Shown here piece by piece: positions 1 through 5,800 of a stretch of 8,260 nt of DNA. Both the position numbers and the translations under genes were made by a program. The stretch comes from Amoeboradix gromovi X-113 (Eukaryota > Fungi > Sanchytriomycota). The notes beneath the pieces were generated by a model. The model saw nothing but the letters and a program-made list of their open reading frames with translations. It was not told the DNA's origin and did no database searches. Location of the stretch: contig JADGIF010000453.1 in assembly GCA_018985225.1 (NCBI GenBank), forward strand, positions 1 through 8,260, given 5' to 3'. The stretch's first letter is position 1, and each line of letters opens with the position of its first letter.

Positions 1-290
1 TAAAGGCTAGATGAAAGAGCAAGAGAATAGCTGTACAGAATATTTATTTTTGAAATTTCGATACAAATTGTCTAGTCTAGTTTTTATAGAGCATGTCCCA
101 TATGTCAGCAAGAACATGTATTAGCAATATGCATCCTTGTCTATTCCTGACTTAGTTTAATGAGAGTGTGAACAACCACGGTGAGAAAGCCACCGGCTTT
201 ATAAGTTTTCAGTAGAAAGTCTTAATTTTCAAGGAAAACAGGACTTTAATGAGGGCGAAAAGATAAAGTGAATGAAAATACTTAAGATAA

Positions 291-296
291 TTTATT
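291..296 (-). promoter_or_regulatory. Putative polyadenylation signal overlapping the TRM5 stop codon
   Basis: Minus strand reads ...GCT TAA TAA A, so AATAAA is embedded in the tandem stops. Confidence 0.4.
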
Positions 297-1521
297 AAGC
301 GGAATCTGTCACGTCATTAACATATCCGACATCATCTGGTAATCTAAATGTTACGCAATACATGTTTTTATGAGGCGCAACATTTCTAACATCATGAATG
401 TGCAGCTCTTCAAACTCGGCATCAGAATTTCTATCCAATGCTTTGTTAAGTTGCTGCCGTAAGATTGAATCGGCTTCTTTTTGAATCTTACCTTTGAAGA
501 AAGCGTACACGTGAATCATTGGCAGTTTATGATTCCTGGGAAATAAATTTCTAAAAGCATCACAAAATTCTATCGCAGTAGCGGGAAGATTTAAAATATA
601 ATGATCGAAACTCAACGTATCAGGGAACGATATTTTAGCCTTTTTTGCTTTCGAGCTCTTTTTGTTTAAATTGTCTTCTATTTCTTGCTTTTTAGAGTTT
701 AAAAGCTTCAATGAATCTTTTATAAAGTCTCTTCCATCTAGATTAAAGTTATACAGCCTGTTAGTAACCTTGTTGGACTTACTGTTATGCTGTAAATAGT
801 AATGCGAATCAGGATTTAAATCATTAGCAAACACCACACATTTCTTGGCAGTAGGAACTGCAAATGGTCCGATTCCAGCGAATACATCGGCTACAAATTC
901 ACTTGGCTTAAAAAGCTTGCAGAGCCTCATATGCTCCATCTGTAGTCTTGAATTCCAATAAACTTTAGAATAATCAAATTCAAAGCGACACCCAGTCTCA
1001 CTGACCTTGGCAATGAAGTTGGATTCCCCAGCAATCAGCTCAAAAGGAAGTATTCTAAATGGGTTGTTACCATCCAGATGTGTGGTCTTGTTTATAACAG
1101 TCTTAATGTTAGTATATTTGTCAAGAAATATCTGACCGATTGCAAACTTGTATGGAAGCTGTTCATCTCTTAGATTTAAATGAGCGATGTGACCTATACT
1201 CTCATAAGATGAGGGGATGTCCATTTTCTGTGGTAACAGCTCATGTAATACTTGCTGAGAGGTAAAATTATTGTAATCCAAGCTCAGAGTATAGTCCTCT
1301 TGAATGCAATCATATTTGTCAAGAAATTGTTTGGGACAATCAGCCATTAAAAGTACAGTTTTCAAATCTTCTTCTGAAGGGAATATTGGTTTAACGCTAG
1401 GAATTTTTAATATCAGATTCTTCAGCTCATTTTTTATGTTTCCTATATGCTTTGAATTGATTTTAATTGCTTTAACTTGTATAGACTTCTTAAAAACATC
1501 TTTGTTGAGTGTAAATGTCAT
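295..1521 (-). CDS. TRM5: tRNA (guanine(37)-N1)-methyltransferase Trm5 (eukaryotic Met-10+/Trm5 family), 408 aa from first in-frame ATG
   Basis: Recognisable Trm5 motifs: SYESIGHIAHLNL, FEFDYSKVYWNSRLQMEHMRL, SAM-binding ADVFAGIGPFAVP, NDLNP, YILNLP, IHVYAF and VRNVAPHKNMYCVTF. The ORF track starts at a TTG (1560); the first in-frame ATG is at 1521-1519 (MTFTLNK...). Ends with tandem TAA TAA. No intron is needed in the conserved core. The true start may lie further upstream (see findings). Confidence 0.95.
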   Translation of the reverse strand: MTFTLNKDVFKKSIQVKAIKINSKHIGNIKNELKNLILKIPSVKPIFPSEEDLKTVLLMADCPKQFLDKYDCIQEDYTLSLDYNNFTSQQVLHELLPQKMDIPSSYESIGHIAHLNLRDEQLPYKFAIGQIFLDKYTNIKTVINKTTHLDGNNPFRILPFELIAGESNFIAKVSETGCRFEFDYSKVYWNSRLQMEHMRLCKLFKPSEFVADVFAGIGPFAVPTAKKCVVFANDLNPDSHYYLQHNSKSNKVTNRLYNFNLDGRDFIKDSLKLLNSKKQEIEDNLNKKSSKAKKAKISFPDTLSFDHYILNLPATAIEFCDAFRNLFPRNHKLPMIHVYAFFKGKIQKEADSILRQQLNKALDRNSDAEFEELHIHDVRNVAPHKNMYCVTFRLPDDVGYVNDVTDSA

Positions 1522-1649
1522 GTACAGTATCAAGGGGTTTCCGATTAAACTAAACTCCAAAAATCGAATACCTAACTTGCGCTGTAACCGAATTGCGAAA
1601 CGTCAACATAGTAAATGCAATGAATAAGTATCCATCATCCAGCTCTTAT

Positions 1650-1721
1650 TCCGAAATAGTATAGTGGCCAGTACACCTGCCTGTCACGCAGGAAACCGGG
1701 GTTCGATTCCCCGTTTCGGAG
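1650..1721 (+). tRNA. tRNA-Asp(GTC), copy 1, intronless, no encoded CCA
   Basis: Full 72-nt cloverleaf: acceptor TCCGAAA/TTTCGGA, D-stem GTAT/GTAC with loop AGTGGCCA, anticodon stem CCTGC/GCAGG with loop CT-GTC-AC (anticodon 1683-1685), variable loop AAAC, T-stem CGGGG/CCCCG with loop TTCGATT, discriminator G. A-box TAGTATAGTGG 1657-1667; B-box GGTTCGATTCC 1700-1710. Confidence 0.97.
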
Positions 1722-1723
1722 GA

Positions 1724-1727
1724 TTTT
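1724..1727 (+). terminator. Putative Pol III terminator (T4) for tRNA-Asp copy 1
   Basis: TTTT begins 3 nt after the discriminator base; a minimal-length run. Confidence 0.55.
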
Positions 1728-2103
1728 GTGTCTAGATGTTACTATTTAAATTTGCGAAGCTACCTTTACAGTTACGACAGCACCTGGAAAATTAGAAATC
1801 AAACACTAACAAGAGACTGAATCGAAACATTCAATAATCTCAAGTATGACATATTTGGATTTGTTTAACAAATGAGACATGACCTGTAATACTAGAATAA
1901 GTATCTTAATAATAATTACCTTCACTGAAAATAATAAATTCATTTAATACTAAGCATTAGACATGTACGTTTGGATCTCTAATCTTAACTAGGTCTGAGA
2001 TCGGTGGGATTAGCTTGATCTAATCTGGGTGCATTTGGTTAACCAAGAATACAATTATTGAAGCAGTATTTGGGTAGGAATGGGCGAAAGTCTAAGTTTA
2101 AAA

Positions 2104-2150
2104 ATTGTGATTGTGTAAGATTGTGCAAATGCATTGTGGCAAGACACAAT
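2104..2150. repeat. Cluster of five ATTGTG hexamers (4 direct, 1 inverted)
   Basis: ATTGTG at 2104, 2110, 2120 and 2133; CACAAT at 2145-2150. Confidence 0.8.
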
Positions 2151-2546
2151 TACTCAAGGAAAAGTTGGCAGAACATGAAGATTCTTTCGAATGATACTAG
2201 GAAATGACCAAATTAAGCTCAGATCTATTTATTAAATATACCGCGCTTGAATCAAATTGGCTGGTCAGATTAACCTGGATTAGTCCATTGAGCTGAGGCT
2301 GTGGTCATATTGTATTAATCTAATCCGGATTGATTTGAACTTACATGCATATTGGATACTATATACAGCATGAGTAGGATACTACTTAGACATGCTGTTA
2401 ATTCATTCGTAGTAAATGTAGTAATCATGGTTGGCTTTGATAAATTAAATATCTACCATCAAATTACGAAGAACGGTGGGCAAGAAGAAACGCTATTCGG
2501 AACATATCGCCAAATTTCTAGGTGACGAAATATGAAGCACTTCTGC

Positions 2547-2553
2547 AAAAAAA
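2547..2553 (-). terminator. Putative Pol III terminator (T7) for tRNA-Asp copy 2
   Basis: A7 on the plus strand is the first run of 4 or more T downstream of copy 2, after a 36-nt trailer. Confidence 0.65.
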
Positions 2554-2589
2554 GGCGATTCGACCTATTGCTAAACACACAATGCTAAT

Positions 2590-2661
2590 CTCCGAAACGG
2601 GGAATCGAACCCCGGTTTCCTGCGTGACAGGCAGGTGTACTGGCCACTATACTATTTCGGA
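2590..2661 (-). tRNA. tRNA-Asp(GTC), copy 2, identical to copy 1
   Basis: Exact reverse complement of 1650-1721. Anticodon at 2628-2626, B-box 2601-2611, A-box 2644-2654. Confidence 0.97.
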
Positions 2662-2685
2662 ATGATAGAAATCATTTTATAGTTT

Positions 2686-2692
2686 ATTTATA
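2686..2692 (-). promoter_or_regulatory. TATA-like element (TATAAAT) at -31 to -25 of tRNA-Asp copy 2
   Basis: The position matches the TFIIIB/TBP site upstream of tRNA genes (established in S. pombe and plants). The AT-rich background lowers specificity. Confidence 0.4.
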
Positions 2693-2813
2693 CCAATATA
2701 GCTTACTACCGCTGTAATTGAAATTTGAATGAATTTGGTGTACTAGAATCGCAAAAGTTGCAACTTATTATGCTCCGAGGTGTTGCGCAGTTCGTTTAAT
2801 TTAATTTTGAGAC

Positions 2814-5800
2814 ATGGAGACTTTGTTTACTCAGTTTTTACAGGATAAAGAACTAAAGAACTGTGATTTTGACATATTCATCAAACGCAGACCAGCCCAG
2901 GTGCTACCGATTATCAAGCAACTCAAGGATCTGCGCCATCAATACAAGAGTTTTTATAAAATCGAAGATTCTACCTTAGACAAGTGGTTCAAGAGATATA
3001 ATGAATCTGCGCTTCTTTTACTCATATTTATTCATCCCTGGGTGTCAATTGAGGAATCTATTGTTCACGACTATATGAAAGCAGTGCTTGAAAATCCGTA
3101 TGCTTCTGATTATAAGAAAGGGTTGTGTTATAATTACATAATTTACTGTTTAGATTCTGAGGAGTTATTAGGAGATAAACAAAAATCACTTAAAGCTATT
3201 AGGCTTTTAATATTGCACAACAAATTTCCAAATAGCTCTTTCAGTTGGACTGAGTCTAACTTTTCATTGAGTATTCAAAATCCATACGAGTCTATTGCCA
3301 ACATCAAAATACAACATGCAGTTATAGAACCTAAAGTGGCTGCCAAATATTTGCTAGACCTCTTTTTTAATACAGTGCCAAGCATCCAGTTTTTAATTAA
3401 ACAAATGCTTCCAAGCATAATAACTCCATCTATTTGGGACGCTCTATATAATCATTTGGTATTATATAATAATGCAAATGTGGACATTGTCTTGCGTAAG
3501 TACGTTTTGATATTTTTACTAAAATCAGCTGCTACGTCATCAAGATTTACCACTCAACTACAGCTGCTATGGCCACTATTGCATGACACGTATGACTCAT
3601 GGTCTATCATAAACTATGTTGACAAGCACTACTCTCGCGACTTCCACACGCAGCAATCAAAAACTCGTCAGTTGTTACTTGGCTTAATTCCTTCTGTTGC
3701 GCTCAATAAGACAGCATTTCTAATACTTTTGACTGACCATATGTTTTGTGCTGATGGCAATTCCCAACTGAAGACAGTCTTATCAACTTGCTGCAGGGAT
3801 TGTGGACATTGGCTGGAAATTTCTAATGCGATATCGGAAGAAGACATTGCCATTTATAATCACAAGAACTACTACCCTGTCAAAGATGTGCTGAATATCC
3901 AAGCAATAAAGGATGTTAAAGACAGAGAATTACGATTTAAACAGGTAAATCAGAAGTTGATCAAACTGAATCCAAAAGATTCTGAGCTGCTGAATCAACA
4001 AATACATTCTGAAGAGTCTATCCGTAATCATGTTCAGTCTACTATTGACTCCTGTCCACTATCCTTATTTATTGACTACTTCGATGCATTATTGGAATTA
4101 CCAGTGAAATCTATCAACTTACCATGTGTTCGCTCTCTATTTGACAACTACGCTTTGCTGCTATTACTGCCTAGCATATTTAACATCAAATTAGCTCCTC
4201 TTATAGCTTTTTTGAATTTTGTAGGATTGAAGTCTTACTCTACAAACTTGTTGATTATTAAGTATACTCAAATGCCATTTGATGATCCTTCAGATCTGTT
4301 TCTATCTCTTACTGAGTACTCTGCTATCACCAACTGTATTCCTATCATAGCGTCATGCATACAATTGTTTATTCTAAACAATCAGTTGTTACCTGTAATC
4401 ACAAAATATCTCTCAAACAACATGGAAATCTGCTTGCATTTTAATAACATTCCTTTCCTGTTGCCTAGCTTGTTCAATATTGCTGATAAATCGATTGTGC
4501 TTAAAATTATGCAACAAATCATTTCAGCTTCTACCGTGCATGATGAACTGGTCTGCGGATTATTGAAACTATACGATAGCCCCGACGAATCTAATAGATC
4601 TTTAGTTGTCGATTGTGTTCCGTTGTTAAACTGTAAACATGAGTTTATATATGCTTTCAATGACATGCTCGCTGTTGCAGGCGACAAAACCAAGTCAGTT
4701 GTTCCTAATACATCTTTTATTAATCTATACAACGATAGTGCCACTCCCTTTATATGGAATACCATATCCAAGTATATTAGCTTTTCCAAGAACTCTAAAT
4801 CTCTCATATCCTCGTACACTTTGGAATATAGCACATTGGTGAACACCCAGCACTATAGACAGTCTAACTATAATAGGAAGGCATTTTTATTGACCAAGCT
4901 GTATTATTTGTTGTTAGCTAACCCAGATTGTATCACTGCTACATTGTCATCATTTGTTGATAAGAACGAGATCAACGATGAAGAAATGTATGAACTGTTC
5001 ACGGAATACTTCAGCAGTCTTATCAAACTCAATAAATCAACCACTAGTACTCTACTGCCATATTTGCAAAGCATCTTACAAAACAATAACCATCTACTGA
5101 TTATCCAATGGATTGGTCAATTCTATTTACATCTGAGCAATGATCAATGCCTCCCAATTTTCAAGCAGTTAATAGTAGCTGTATCCTTGATTTCGAACGA
5201 ACAGGAGCAGATTACAGCTAGTAAAGTTTTTTTGAACTACTGGGACAAGGTAGACTATACAGAGTTTGTTTCAGTCAAAAAGCAAAGTATCATGCAGATG
5301 GATGTTGTATCTATTAGATCCAAGGCACTCTTGTTGGCTACTTGGGCTAAATCAAAGAGAATTAAATACTACACTAGTACGAAAAACGATGATCTTATTA
5401 TAGAATACTCTAATGACGCCAATGAAAATTGCAGATTATTTTCACTGAAACTACTTGATTATCACTCATTACTGTTTAACAGACTTTATGAACCGTACAT
5501 TATCAAACATCTTCTAATCTGCTTGCAGGGTTTTGGTGATGTCCAATCCTGTAGAGTGGCTACCAACCTGTTTATGAAGCGCATTTTGCCAAAGTGCTCA
5601 TTAACAACATTTAAACTAATGATTCCAAAGTGTTTGCTGCTAATTAGCAATAGCCAATGGCGTATCCGCAATGGCTGTTGTTTGCTGCTACTACAAGTTG
5701 CACTGTTAGATCCTGTTATAATTACCGATCAATTGTCGTTTATCATTCCGGCTTTAACTACTGCTACCAACGATTCCCATTATCAAGTGTCTGCAAGTGC

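Larger units (their letters stand above)
1648..2663. repeat. Perfect 74-bp inverted repeat (1648-1721 / 2590-2663) formed by the two tRNA-Asp genes, enclosing an 868-bp spacer
   Basis: Direct comparison: identity covers the 72-nt tRNA plus 2 nt of 5' flank; sequences differ immediately beyond that on both sides. Confidence 0.95.

Noticed and set aside
179-200. Small hairpins AAAGCC-ACC-GGCTTT and GGTG..CACC downstream of TRM5
   Set aside because: Stems are only 4-6 bp with no supporting context; expected by chance.
1558-1560. TTG start for TRM5 given by the ORF track
   Set aside because: Bacterial-style start call. The locus is eukaryotic, so ATG 1521 is the default; the TTG is kept only as a non-AUG hypothesis.
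1304-1627. 107-aa plus-strand ORF
   Set aside because: Mostly antisense to TRM5 with no recognisable domain; likely a shadow ORF.
2378-2385. U2 snRNA-like GTAGTATC on the minus strand
   Set aside because: The flanking U2 stem I and AAGATCAAGT context is absent.
1722-2589. CRISPR array or regular tandem satellite in the spacer
   Set aside because: No long conserved repeat with regular spacing; the motifs are short and irregularly spaced.
2580-2594. U6 snRNA-like AGATTAGCAT on the minus strand at the 3' end of tRNA copy 2
   Set aside because: No ACAGAGA box or U6 internal stem-loop, and it overlaps the tRNA acceptor stem; chance match.
1648-2663. MITE or transposon using the tRNAs as terminal inverted repeats, or tRNA-derived SINEs
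   Set aside because: No target-site duplication (flanks ...GCTCTT and GATAGA...), no transposase, no SINE body or tail, and both tRNAs are perfect cloverleaves.
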